Origin: an uncultured virus (IMG/VR IMGVR_UViG_3300009873_000028)
Taxonomy: Duplodnaviria > Heunggongvirae > Uroviricota > Caudoviricetes
Reading direction: 5' to 3' (one strand)
DNA length: 64,000 nt
Virus record (IMG/VR): IMGVR_UViG_3300009873_000028
Under the pieces are notes generated by a model that was not told the DNA's origin, made no database searches, and worked only from the letters and a program-made list of their open reading frames with translations. Below are positions 18,192 through 24,696 of the stretch, in pieces; positions within the stretch are counted from its first letter, which is position 1; every line of letters starts with the position of its first letter. Made by a program: the position numbers and the translations under genes.

Positions 18192-19388
18192 ATGAACGAA
18201 CTCAGAAACGTAAAGCTTTCCCTAATCGACCCCAACCCTTTCCGGGACGGCAGCGGAGGCAACCCTCCGGCCACCTGGAAGAGTGTTGCGGAAGTCTATG
18301 GCTTTGACGAAGCGAAGCTAGGCGAGCTTCAGGACAGCTTCCGCAGGAACGGTGTCTGGGCAGGCGCACACGTCCGGCCGCACGGCGGCCGGTTCCAGCT
18401 AGCTTTCGGCCACCACCGCTTCGAGGCGGCAAGCCGCCTCGGCATCAAGGAGATCCCGGTGGTGGTCGCCGAGCTAAGCGACGACCAGATGCTCCAGTTC
18501 ATGGCATCAGAGAACTCCGAAGAGTACGGGCATGACTTCGCCCTGGGGGTTATGAATGCGGTGGAGGCAGTAGTTAAGGCTTATGGGGCTGGACTGGTGA
18601 AGTTGGAGAAGCCCATTAAGGGTGTAACTATTCCAGCACCTAGCTTTGTTCCGGTGTTACAGGAACATCGTATCCTATCGAATACAGATAGGGTCTACAC
18701 TCCCATGACGGTGGCTAAGTATTTGGGTTGGACTATCAACAAGAAAGATGCAGCAACTGGGGTTGGGCCTGCTACCAGAGTAGTGGTGGCCCTCTCCGCC
18801 CTGGAACTCATCGAACGCGGAGCCCTGAAGCGTACCGCGCTGAAGGGGCTAGGCAGCTACCAGGCTAGGGAGCTAGTCACTCTCACCAAGCGGGCTATGG
18901 AAGCTGAAGCTGCGAAGCACGAGCAGATCCAAGAGGCCCTGGAAAAGCGTGCCGCCCAGGCGAAGAAAGAGGGTGACAAGAACGCTCTTCAGAAGGTAGA
19001 GAGAAAGCTAGCGGAAGTGGAAAGCCAGGTTGAAAAGGCGACCATCCACGCGGCTAAGGGCGCTGCCTCAAAGGTGGTCGAGTTCCACAAGGAGGGCAAG
19101 AGCTTTGCAGAGGCGTCACGAAAGGCGGCTGAAGCGCTCTCGCTGGCGAAGCCAGCGAAGGCGCTTGTCGCGGCACCTAAGAAGCTTGACCTTTCAGGAG
19201 TGGACGAGTTTATTGCTAAGCTTGATCGAACACTCCTTGAGGAAGACAGCAGGTGGGAGAAGATTCTGGAGCTGGCGAAGGTTAAAGCAGCGAGCAAGAC
19301 GTTTAGGCTCCTGGATGAAGCACTGGTTCGGCTGGCGGAACGCGCAAGGGCTCGGGCCAAGGAGTTGAGGAAGGTGAGCAATGGTTAG
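18192..19388 (+). CDS. ParB-like N-terminal domain protein with coiled-coil C-terminus
   Basis: IDPNPFR..FQLAFGHHRFEAA..LG..EIPVVV..EN. Confidence 0.85.
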   Translation: MNELRNVKLSLIDPNPFRDGSGGNPPATWKSVAEVYGFDEAKLGELQDSFRRNGVWAGAHVRPHGGRFQLAFGHHRFEAASRLGIKEIPVVVAELSDDQMLQFMASENSEEYGHDFALGVMNAVEAVVKAYGAGLVKLEKPIKGVTIPAPSFVPVLQEHRILSNTDRVYTPMTVAKYLGWTINKKDAATGVGPATRVVVALSALELIERGALKRTALKGLGSYQARELVTLTKRAMEAEAAKHEQIQEALEKRAAQAKKEGDKNALQKVERKLAEVESQVEKATIHAAKGAASKVVEFHKEGKSFAEASRKAAEALSLAKPAKALVAAPKKLDLSGVDEFIAKLDRTLLEEDSRWEKILELAKVKAASKTFRLLDEALVRLAERARARAKELRKVSNG

Positions 19389-19680
19389 AGAGCTGCACGT
19401 CGAAGACCCCAACGAGGGGAAGCTTTCCCAAGAAAAGGAGGAAGCACTCCTCCATGAGTTTGTTTACCTCGGGATTGAACTCCCGGATGAGGTGGCCCAG
19501 CAGCGGCGGGAGAAGCTAGGCTTTTTCCCCAGCGAAAGGGACCCTTCAGCTGCGAGGGCGCAGATGCTCTGGGACGCCTACCATGTTTGGCTAGCAGGAC
19601 GGCCAGAGCTAGTAGACTCAACTCCTGCTCAGCGCCTCTCCCTCTATGCTGCTGAGCTTGCTCCTAAGCAGGAAAAGTAG
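19381..19680 (+). CDS. Hypothetical protein
   Basis: Coupled 99 aa ORF. Confidence 0.6.
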   Translation: MVRELHVEDPNEGKLSQEKEEALLHEFVYLGIELPDEVAQQRREKLGFFPSERDPSAARAQMLWDAYHVWLAGRPELVDSTPAQRLSLYAAELAPKQEK

Positions 19681-20298
19681 CTTCATACGCGCTGTATCGC
19701 AGCGCGTATGGGCTGAGGTAGCCCTTTGGCCTACGTCTCGCAGCGCCTTGATTGGGTGGAGCCTAGTTCCCCGGGGGTTTATGGGCTTTCTACACACGAA
19801 CCCCTTCTTCGGCTTTACCGCCGTCCTGTACTTAGGGAGAGGGAAGTGAAGCAAGAAGAGAGAGCAGAGAAGGAAGAGCTTCTGAAAGACCTGAAGGACG
19901 AGAGAGATTCGCTTGAGCAGCGGATCATCTATCTCACCTCCCAGATTCGGGAGCTTCAGGAGGAGCTGAGCAATGGCTGAAGAAGAGAGGATTTGTGAGC
20001 ACTCCACGTAAAGGCACACACAAGAAGGATGGCATTCTCGACTGCCGCGTCAAGGACGGAAGGAAGTGCAGGCCGTGTCCTGACCTCCGTCACGAGAAGC
20101 TCTGCTGCTGGACCCATTGCGAAGCCTGCAAGAAGGAATGCTGCAGGACATCGGAGAGGAGAGGAAAAGAGCCTTCCCTGTTCTCTTGTCCTCCACGTTA
20201 GGTGATAGAATGGTGGGAAGTAGCCCTCGCCCTCACAGGCCTCGGAGTGGTCCTGATGTGGCTAGTGGCTAAGCTCGACTCTTGGGTAAGGAGATGGA

Positions 20299-21357
20299 TT
20301 GAGATATATTTCAAGGGGAAGTCATGACGCCTTCAGAACCTGCCCACGAGCCGGCTACTGGAGGTACCTCTCCGGCCCTTACTCTCCTGCTGGTGTGCTT
20401 GGACTCGAACCAACTAACAGCCCAAGTTATCTCGTATTTGGAAGCGCTTGGCATCTCGCAGCTGAAGGCCTTCTCAGGGGAGAGCCTGCAGAGCAAGCAG
20501 TACGCCCTGCTCTACAGTTTGCCAGGGCAGAAGGATTGGGCGATGCAGACCTTAACCTCCTACTCGCCCTGTCCCTCGCTTGGGAAAGATCCGCTGCTGG
20601 CCCGTTCTTCGAAAAGTACGAGGTAGTAAGCATTGAAGAAGAACTCGTCACTCCGCTCACGTCCAACGTCCAACTCTACAGTAGAGCTGATGCTATCCTT
20701 CGGGAGAGAAGCGACGGAACCCTCTGGGTACTCAACTGGAAAACCGCAGGCGACACCCGGGACTGGAACCGCAAGTGGTTCTATGACATCCAAAGCTGGA
20801 CGGAAAGCCTCGCCGCAGAGGCGAAGCTTGGAGAGCCGGTACGCGGTTGTATATTCTACGGTGTATACAAAGGGCCTATCTACAAAGGAGCAACTAGCTC
20901 GCGTCTCGTCTATGGTTATCGGAGCACTAGTGCTTCGGGACTGGTTAGTTACGGAACCGAGAACGGCGGAAACGCTAGTAGATTTCCTGTATGGCAGGAG
21001 TCCTTTCCGTTCGGCGATGGAATCCATGCGTGGATAAACTGGTTACCTGAAGAGTTCCTCAAGAAGTACTTTGTCGAGTCCGCTCCGCAGATTCGCCAAG
21101 ACGAAGTGGTCGAGGCTTGGCTGCGTCAGGTGGTCGGCTTTGAAAGTGACATCGACCACGTTCTACAGCACGGCTCAGCCCAGGACAAACTTGACTTCTT
21201 CTGGCAGAACTGGGGGGACGACACCTGCGGAAGGTGCAGCTTCTCCCCGCTATGCACCCTGAAGAGCACGCCGGAAACCATGATCGCTGACGGAGTACTA
21301 CGGCCTAGGAAGAAGAGCCCCCGGGATGAGGCGGAACAAAGGGACTTGACAAACTAG
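20299..21357 (+). CDS. Cas4/RecB-like PD-(D/E)XK exonuclease
   Basis: N-terminal CPR, GSAWH, E..RAD..LNWKT, C-terminal CGRC..C (Fe-S cysteines). Confidence 0.8.
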   Translation: MRYISRGSHDAFRTCPRAGYWRYLSGPYSPAGVLGLEPTNSPSYLVFGSAWHLAAEGLLRGEPAEQAVRPALQFARAEGLGDADLNLLLALSLAWERSAAGPFFEKYEVVSIEEELVTPLTSNVQLYSRADAILRERSDGTLWVLNWKTAGDTRDWNRKWFYDIQSWTESLAAEAKLGEPVRGCIFYGVYKGPIYKGATSSRLVYGYRSTSASGLVSYGTENGGNASRFPVWQESFPFGDGIHAWINWLPEEFLKKYFVESAPQIRQDEVVEAWLRQVVGFESDIDHVLQHGSAQDKLDFFWQNWGDDTCGRCSFSPLCTLKSTPETMIADGVLRPRKKSPRDEAEQRDLTN

Positions 21358-21374
21358 CTGAAAAGTCTTAACTT
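21346..21374 (+). promoter_or_regulatory. Sigma70-type promoter of the tRNA array
   Basis: TTGACA-17 nt-TAACTT, then a 12-bp GAAA-loop hairpin (21375-21402) abutting the first tRNA. Confidence 0.75.
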
Positions 21375-21402
21375 AGAAGGGTCCCCGAAAGGGGACCCTT
21401 CT

Positions 21403-21476
21403 GGGAGAATCGTTCAAAGGAAGGACGGCGGTCTCCAAAACCGCTAATCTAGGTTCGAGTCCTAGTTCTCCCGCCA
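21403..21476 (+). tRNA. tRNA-Trp(CCA)
   Basis: Cloverleaf; GCGGT-CT CCA AA-ACCGC; encoded CCA end. Confidence 0.92.
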
Positions 21477-21503
21477 ACTACACGGGAAGCCCTTAGGCTT
21501 CCC

Positions 21504-21630
21504 TGAGTCGTGACACCTGGAGCCTAGCAGCCAGGGACTTTTTGTCCCCGCTACGCAAGGGCTGGCAAGAAGCAAGGGCAAGGAAACGCCTCGCGTTCAT
21601 TCCTCCTTCCTTCCTCAGAGTGTTGGTCCA
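21504..21630 (+). ncRNA. Candidate structured small RNA E1
   Basis: Between perfect hairpins 21484-503 and 21631-656; GCCAG/CTGGC and GGAC/GTCC stems; pyrimidine tract. Confidence 0.45.
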
Positions 21631-21658
21631 AGAGCAGGGCCTTTAGGCCCTGCTCTAT

Positions 21659-21732
21659 GCGGACAAAGAATTACGATAGTTCGGAGCCTTGCCAAGGCTC
21701 AGGCACGGGTTTGACTCCCGTTGTCCGCTCCA
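21659..21732 (+). tRNA. tRNA-Gly(GCC)
   Basis: GAGCC-TT GCC AA-GGCTC; T-loop TTTGACT; CCA. Confidence 0.88.
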
Positions 21733-21734
21733 AA

Positions 21735-21824
21735 GGGGTGGTGACGGAATGGTTTAACGTGCCGGTCTGTAAAACCGCAGCCGGGCTCAGTCCCGTGGAG
21801 GTTCGAGTCCTCCCCACCCCACCA
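21735..21824 (+). tRNA. tRNA-Tyr(GTA)
   Basis: CT GTA AA loop, long variable arm, CCA. Confidence 0.92.
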
Positions 21825-21830
21825 AAAAGC

Positions 21831-21904
21831 GCGGGCCTTACATAAAGGTAGTGTCTCAGCCTTCCAAGCTGAAGGTACGGGTTCGATTCCCGTGGCCCGC
21901 TCCA
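21831..21904 (+). tRNA. tRNA-Gly(TCC)
   Basis: TCAGC-CT TCC AA-GCTGA; CCA. Confidence 0.92.
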
Positions 21905-21906
21905 AC

Positions 21907-21981
21907 CCACCACAGGTGTTACGGCAGCATAGCGGGCTCTTAACCCGACAGGTGAAGGTTCAAGTCCTTCGTGGTGGACCA
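21907..21981 (+). tRNA. tRNA-Lys(CTT)
   Basis: CCACCAC/GTGGTGG acceptor; CT CTT AA loop; CCA. Confidence 0.88.
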
Positions 21982-21985
21982 TTTT

Positions 21986-22061
21986 GCTACCTAAGTTTAG
22001 ATGGTTGAACACCGCCTTGGTAAGGCGGGGGTGCTGGGTTCGATCCCCAGAGGTAGCTCCA
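21986..22061 (+). tRNA. tRNA-Thr(GGT)
   Basis: CCGCC-TT GGT AA-GGCGG; CCA. Confidence 0.9.
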
Positions 22062-22063
22062 AA

Positions 22064-22138
22064 AGGAGAGGAGGAAAGGAAAGACACTCCCCGCTTGGAC
22101 TCCAGACAAGGCAAGCGGAGTACCTTTCCCCCCTCCTT
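22064..22138 (+). ncRNA. Candidate structured small RNA E2 (long interrupted hairpin)
   Basis: Purine 5' arm pairs with pyrimidine 3' arm; inner CCGCTTG/CAAGCGG. Confidence 0.55.
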
Positions 22139-22142
22139 CTTT

Positions 22143-22218
22143 ACCAGGGTAGCCCAACGGCAGAGGCAACAGGCTGAGAGTCTGTTCAGTGAGGGTTCGA
22201 ATCCCTCCCCTGGTACCA
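22143..22218 (+). tRNA. tRNA-Leu(GAG), short variable loop
   Basis: ACAGG-CT GAG AG-TCTGT; CCA. Confidence 0.88.
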
Positions 22219-22254
22219 AGCTGGCTCAGCTGGGTAAAACCGGGGGGCGAGCTT
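22219..22254 (+). ncRNA. Candidate small hairpin E3
   Basis: AGCT..GCTC..CTGG-GTAAAA-CCGG..GGGC..AGCT. Confidence 0.35.
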
Positions 22255-22258
22255 CCTA

Positions 22259-22360
22259 GGCCGCGTGGCGAAACTGGCAAACGCAGGAGACTTAAAACCT
22301 CCTAAACGCACTCCGCTCAAACCGGAGCGACTGTGGGTTCGACTCCCACCGTGGCCACCA
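22259..22360 (+). tRNA. tRNA-Leu(TAA), extra-long variable arm
   Basis: CT TAA AA loop; 102 nt; CCA. Confidence 0.88.
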
Positions 22361-22363
22361 AAA

Positions 22364-22410
22364 AGCAGGGTAGGGCTGGACGTTGAAGAGCCCGTAAATA
22401 GAGCCCTGCT
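22364..22410 (+). ncRNA. Candidate structured small RNA E4
   Basis: AGCAGGG/CCCTGCT closing stem; inner GGGCT/AGCCC. Confidence 0.5.
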
Positions 22411-22415
22411 TCTTT

Positions 22416-22492
22416 AGCCCTGTGATGGAACTGGCATACATACGAGTCTTAGAAACTCGGTTTTAGGGGTTCAACTCCCCTCGGGGCTACCA
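22416..22492 (+). tRNA. tRNA-Leu(TAG), short variable loop
   Basis: CGAGT-CT TAG AA-ACTCG; CCA. Confidence 0.88.
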
Positions 22493-22499
22493 AAACTTA

Positions 22500-22577
22500 G
22501 GGACGTGAGAGGGCTAGGCGTCCTCGCTTGCTTGTCAGGCAAGAGATCGGCGGGTTCGAATCCCGCACGTCCCGCCA
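22500..22577 (+). tRNA. tRNA-Asp(GTC)
   Basis: CTTGC-TT GTC AG-GCAAG; G discriminator; CCA. Confidence 0.9.
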
Positions 22578-22584
22578 CTTCTTC

Positions 22585-22659
22585 GGGGGCTTCAGCTAAC
22601 GGCTAGGCTAGGTGGTTCTCAGCCATCCAACACGGGTTCGACCCCCGTAGCCCCTACCA
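22585..22659 (+). tRNA. tRNA-Glu(CTC)
   Basis: GGTGG-TT CTC AG-CCATC; CCA. Confidence 0.88.
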
Positions 22660-22704
22660 GCTCCGGCAGTCGCGTGATTCCTACTAGGTGGCGATGGACG
22701 GGGC
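22660..22704 (+). ncRNA. Candidate structured small RNA E5
   Basis: GCTCCG/CGGGGC and GTCGC/GCGAT stems around a 17-nt loop. Confidence 0.45.
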
Positions 22705-22709
22705 ATTTC

Positions 22710-22783
22710 GGGTTCCGAGTAGGACGGGAATACGACTGGTTTGCACCCAGTAAGACGGGGTTCGACTCCCCGGGGATCCACCA
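22710..22783 (+). tRNA. tRNA-Ala(TGC)
   Basis: ACTGG-TT TGC AC-CCAGT; G3.U70 identity pair; CCA. Confidence 0.88.
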
Positions 22784-22789
22784 TCTCTT

Positions 22790-22863
22790 CGACCCATGGT
22801 GAAATGAAATCATCGCGCTCTACGAAAGCACGGTTAGGGGTTAAAATCCTCTTGGGTCGGCCA
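22790..22863 (+). tRNA. tRNA-Arg(ACG), atypical T-loop
   Basis: CT ACG AA loop; T-loop TTAAAAT; CCA. Confidence 0.8.
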
Positions 22864-22870
22864 CTTCTGC

Positions 22871-22945
22871 TGCGGGGCAGTCAGGTGACTACCTTAGGCT
22901 CATAACCTAAAGGGCGTTGGGGTTCAAGTCCCTCCTCCGCTACCA
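22871..22945 (+). tRNA. tRNA-Met(CAT), initiator-like 1:72 mismatch
   Basis: TTAGG-CT CAT AA-CCTAA; U1.U72; CCA. Confidence 0.85.
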
Positions 22946-22948
22946 AAC

Positions 22949-23023
22949 GCACCGCTGATGAAAAGGCTATCATGGCGCTCTTACAAGGCGCTCTTCTAGG
23001 TTCGAGTCCTAGGTGGTGCACCA
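22949..23023 (+). tRNA. tRNA-Val(TAC)
   Basis: GCGCT-CT TAC AA-GGCGC; CCA. Confidence 0.9.
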
Positions 23024-23028
23024 ACTTT

Positions 23029-23102
23029 TGGGAAAAGATGTTACGGTAGCATCCTCGCTTTGGAAGCGAGTTGCCCGGGTTCGACTCCCGGTTTCCCAAC
23101 CA
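23029..23102 (+). tRNA. tRNA-Pro(TGG)
   Basis: CTCGC-TT TGG AA-GCGAG; CCA. Confidence 0.9.
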
Positions 23103-23109
23103 CTTCTGT

Positions 23110-23184
23110 GGTGACCTTACGCTAATGGAAAGCGGTCAGGCTGTGAACCTGATGATGCGAGTTCGAGTCTCGTAGGCCACCCCA
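23110..23184 (+). tRNA. tRNA-His(GTG)
   Basis: G-1/C73; TCAGG-CT GTG AA-CCTGA; CCA. Confidence 0.9.
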
Positions 23185-23189
23185 CTTCT

Positions 23190-23263
23190 TGGGACATAGC
23201 ACAATGGCAGTGCAGCGGGCTCTGACCCCGCGCATCAAGGTTCGAGTCCTTGTGTCCCAGCCA
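23190..23263 (+). tRNA. tRNA-Gln(CTG)
   Basis: U1-A72; GCGGG-CT CTG AC-CCCGC; CCA. Confidence 0.92.
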
Positions 23264-23265
23264 AA

Positions 23266-23341
23266 GCAGAGAGAGCTAGTGTGGTCATAGCACGGGTTTG
23301 AAAAGCCCGCCAACGTGGTTCGATCCCACGTCTCTGCACCA
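23266..23341 (+). tRNA. tRNA-Phe(GAA)
   Basis: CGGGT-TT GAA AA-GCCCG; CCA. Confidence 0.9.
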
Positions 23342-23413
23342 GCTAGTCGGGGCACACCCGATGAAAGAGCCAGGGGTATTGGAACGTGTGCTGATACCTA
23401 CACCTGGCCTAGC
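23342..23413 (+). ncRNA. Candidate three-way-junction small RNA E6
   Basis: GCTAG/CTAGC, TCGGG/CCCGA, GCCAGG/CCTGGC, GGTATTGG/CTGATACC. Confidence 0.6.
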
Positions 23414-23417
23414 TTCT

Positions 23418-23493
23418 TCTCCGGAGGTGTCTGCGGTGGCACGCTCGGCTGTTAACCGATGAGGCGCTGGTTCGAATCCAGCCTGGAGAGCCA
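23418..23493 (+). tRNA. tRNA-Asn(GTT)
   Basis: CT GTT AA loop; U1-A72; GCCA end. Confidence 0.9.
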
Positions 23494-23495
23494 AA

Positions 23496-23570
23496 GGGAC
23501 GCAGGTGTTAAGGTTGCATGTCCGCCTTTTAAGCGGTATGGTCAGGGTTCGATTCCCTGGCGTCCCACCA
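23496..23570 (+). tRNA. tRNA-Lys(TTT)
   Basis: CT TTT AA loop; CCA. Confidence 0.9.
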
Positions 23571-23590
23571 ACTCGCGCTACGCGCTCGTT

Positions 23591-23664
23591 GGGACCTTGG
23601 TGAAATGGCATCACCTTCGGCCGATTACCGAAAGTTTGGGGTTCGAGTCCCTGAGGTCCTACCA
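23591..23664 (+). tRNA. tRNA-Ile(GAT), atypical anticodon loop
   Basis: TTCGG-CC GAT TA-CCGAA; CCA. Confidence 0.8.
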
Positions 23665-23669
23665 TTTTT

Positions 23670-23744
23670 GCTAGCAAGGTCTTGAAGGTAAGACGCTCGC
23701 TTCGTAAGCGAGAGGAACGGGTTCGATCCCCGTAGCTAGCTCCA
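23670..23744 (+). tRNA. tRNA-Thr(CGT)
   Basis: CTCGC-TT CGT AA-GCGAG; CCA. Confidence 0.88.
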
Positions 23745-23819
23745 GCACCCGTAGCTCAATGGAAGAGCACCGCCCTCCGAAGGCGGAGGCTGAAGGTTCG
23801 AGTCTTTCCGGGTGCTCCA
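23745..23819 (+). tRNA. tRNA-Arg(CCG)
   Basis: CCGCC-CT CCG AA-GGCGG; CCA; no spacer after the previous tRNA. Confidence 0.92.
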
Positions 23820-23821
23820 AC

Positions 23822-23896
23822 GGCGCTATACGCTAAGGGCTAGGCGGACTGCCTTTCAAGCAGTTGGTCTGGGTTCGAATCCCAGTAGCGCTACCA
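23822..23896 (+). tRNA. tRNA-Glu(TTC)
   Basis: ACTGC-CT TTC AA-GCAGT; CCA. Confidence 0.9.
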
Positions 23897-23898
23897 AA

Positions 23899-23996
23899 AC
23901 AGAGAGTGCCCTAGCACCGCAGGCCACCTGCCGATAATATCAGGATCCTAGGGGGGTCGATAAGGGTGGGGCGAGAGACGTTAACCTCTTCTCTGT
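23899..23996 (+). ncRNA. Candidate multibranched small RNA E7
   Basis: ACAGAGA/TCTCTGT closing stem; CCCTAG/CTAGGG; GCAGG/CCTGC. Confidence 0.55.
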
Positions 23997-23999
23997 CTT

Positions 24000-24071
24000 G
24001 CCGCACGGGCTAAGGAAGCCAAGGGGTTTTGTAAACCTCAGGAAAGGGTTCGATTCCCTTGAGCGGCTCCA
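24000..24071 (+). tRNA. tRNA-Thr(TGT)
   Basis: GGGGT-TT TGT AA-ACCTC; CCA. Confidence 0.88.
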
Positions 24072-24076
24072 GCTTT

Positions 24077-24142
24077 GGGCAGCCGGTCGTGCATGGCGCT
24101 AGGTGCACCTACCAGGTTCGAGTCCTCGACGGTAGCCTGCCC
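24077..24142 (+). ncRNA. tRNA-like mini-RNA E8 with T-arm but no anticodon arm or CCA
   Basis: GGGCAG/CTGCCC, GTCG/CGAC, TGCA/TGCA hairpin, AGG-TTCGAGT-CCT. Confidence 0.6.
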
Positions 24143-24150
24143 TCTGCACA

Positions 24151-24240
24151 GGGAGTAGGGAGGAAGGTTTCTCAAGCCGGCTTATACCCGGTTGGCCAGA
24201 TTAGCCCTAGAACTTGGTTCGAGTCCAAGTGCTCCCACCA
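24151..24240 (+). tRNA. tRNA-Ile(TAT) with long variable arm
   Basis: GCCGG-CT TAT AC-CCGGT; about 20-nt variable region; CCA. Confidence 0.8.
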
Positions 24241-24244
24241 CTTC

Positions 24245-24318
24245 AGCCCCACAAGATGGAACTTAGCAGAGACTTCTAATCTCTTGCGCCGAGGGTTCGA
24301 TTCCCTCTGGGGCTTCCA
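24245..24318 (+). tRNA. tRNA-Arg(TCT)
   Basis: AGAGA-CT TCT AA-TCTCT; CCA. Confidence 0.88.
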
Positions 24319-24405
24319 GGAAGAGACCCGAACGGTCAGGAGCAGGTTTGCTAAACCTGTACAGGCTTTAAACCTCAGTGGGTTCGACCCCCACCTCTTC
24401 CGCCA
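24319..24405 (+). tRNA. tRNA-Ser(GCT)
   Basis: CAGGT-TT GCT AA-ACCTG; long arm; GCCA. Confidence 0.9.
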
Positions 24406-24476
24406 CCTACACCAGGCTTATGAGAGGCACACCGCGGTGGGGAGGGGTGCTGTAGGAAACCTGGTCCTCCCCCTGC
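24406..24476 (+). ncRNA. Candidate small RNA E9 with competing or pseudoknotted pairings
   Basis: CCTACA/TGTAGG, ACCAGG/CCTGGT, GCAC/GTGC, GGGGAGG/CCTCCCC. Confidence 0.5.
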
Positions 24477-24480
24477 TTTC

Positions 24481-24555
24481 GCTCCCATAGCTCAAAGGAC
24501 AGAGCAAGAGTTTCCTAAACTCAAGATCGGGGTTCGAGTCCCTGTGGGAGTACCA
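24481..24555 (+). tRNA. tRNA-Arg(CCT)
   Basis: TT CCT AA loop; CCA. Confidence 0.92.
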
Positions 24556-24562
24556 CCTTAAT

Positions 24563-24648
24563 GGAAGGCACCCGAATGGTTAGGAACTAGTCTTGAAAAC
24601 TAGGGTGAGCAACCGCTCTACAGGGTTCGATTCCTTGGCCTTCCGCCA
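24563..24648 (+). tRNA. tRNA-Ser(TGA)
   Basis: CTAGT-CT TGA AA-ACTAG; long arm; GCCA. Confidence 0.9.
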
Positions 24649-24696
24649 AACCTTTAACTCCTTTAACTCTTGCTGTTGTTTAACGACGAGGGGAAG

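Noticed and set aside
20299..21357. CRISPR-Cas locus
   Set aside because: Solo Cas4-like nucleases are common in phages; no repeat-spacer array or other cas genes seen
22660..22704. HDV-like theta ribozyme after tRNA-Glu
   Set aside because: Folds as a simple nested hairpin; no double-pseudoknot order of helices
24412..24466. Hammerhead reading of element E9 (CTTATGA...GAAAC..GTC)
   Set aside because: The conserved core G of CUGA is replaced and stem I pairs poorly
21657..24490. ORF-track ORFs across the tRNA array on both strands
   Set aside because: Shadow translations of tRNA genes with no RBS or protein motifs
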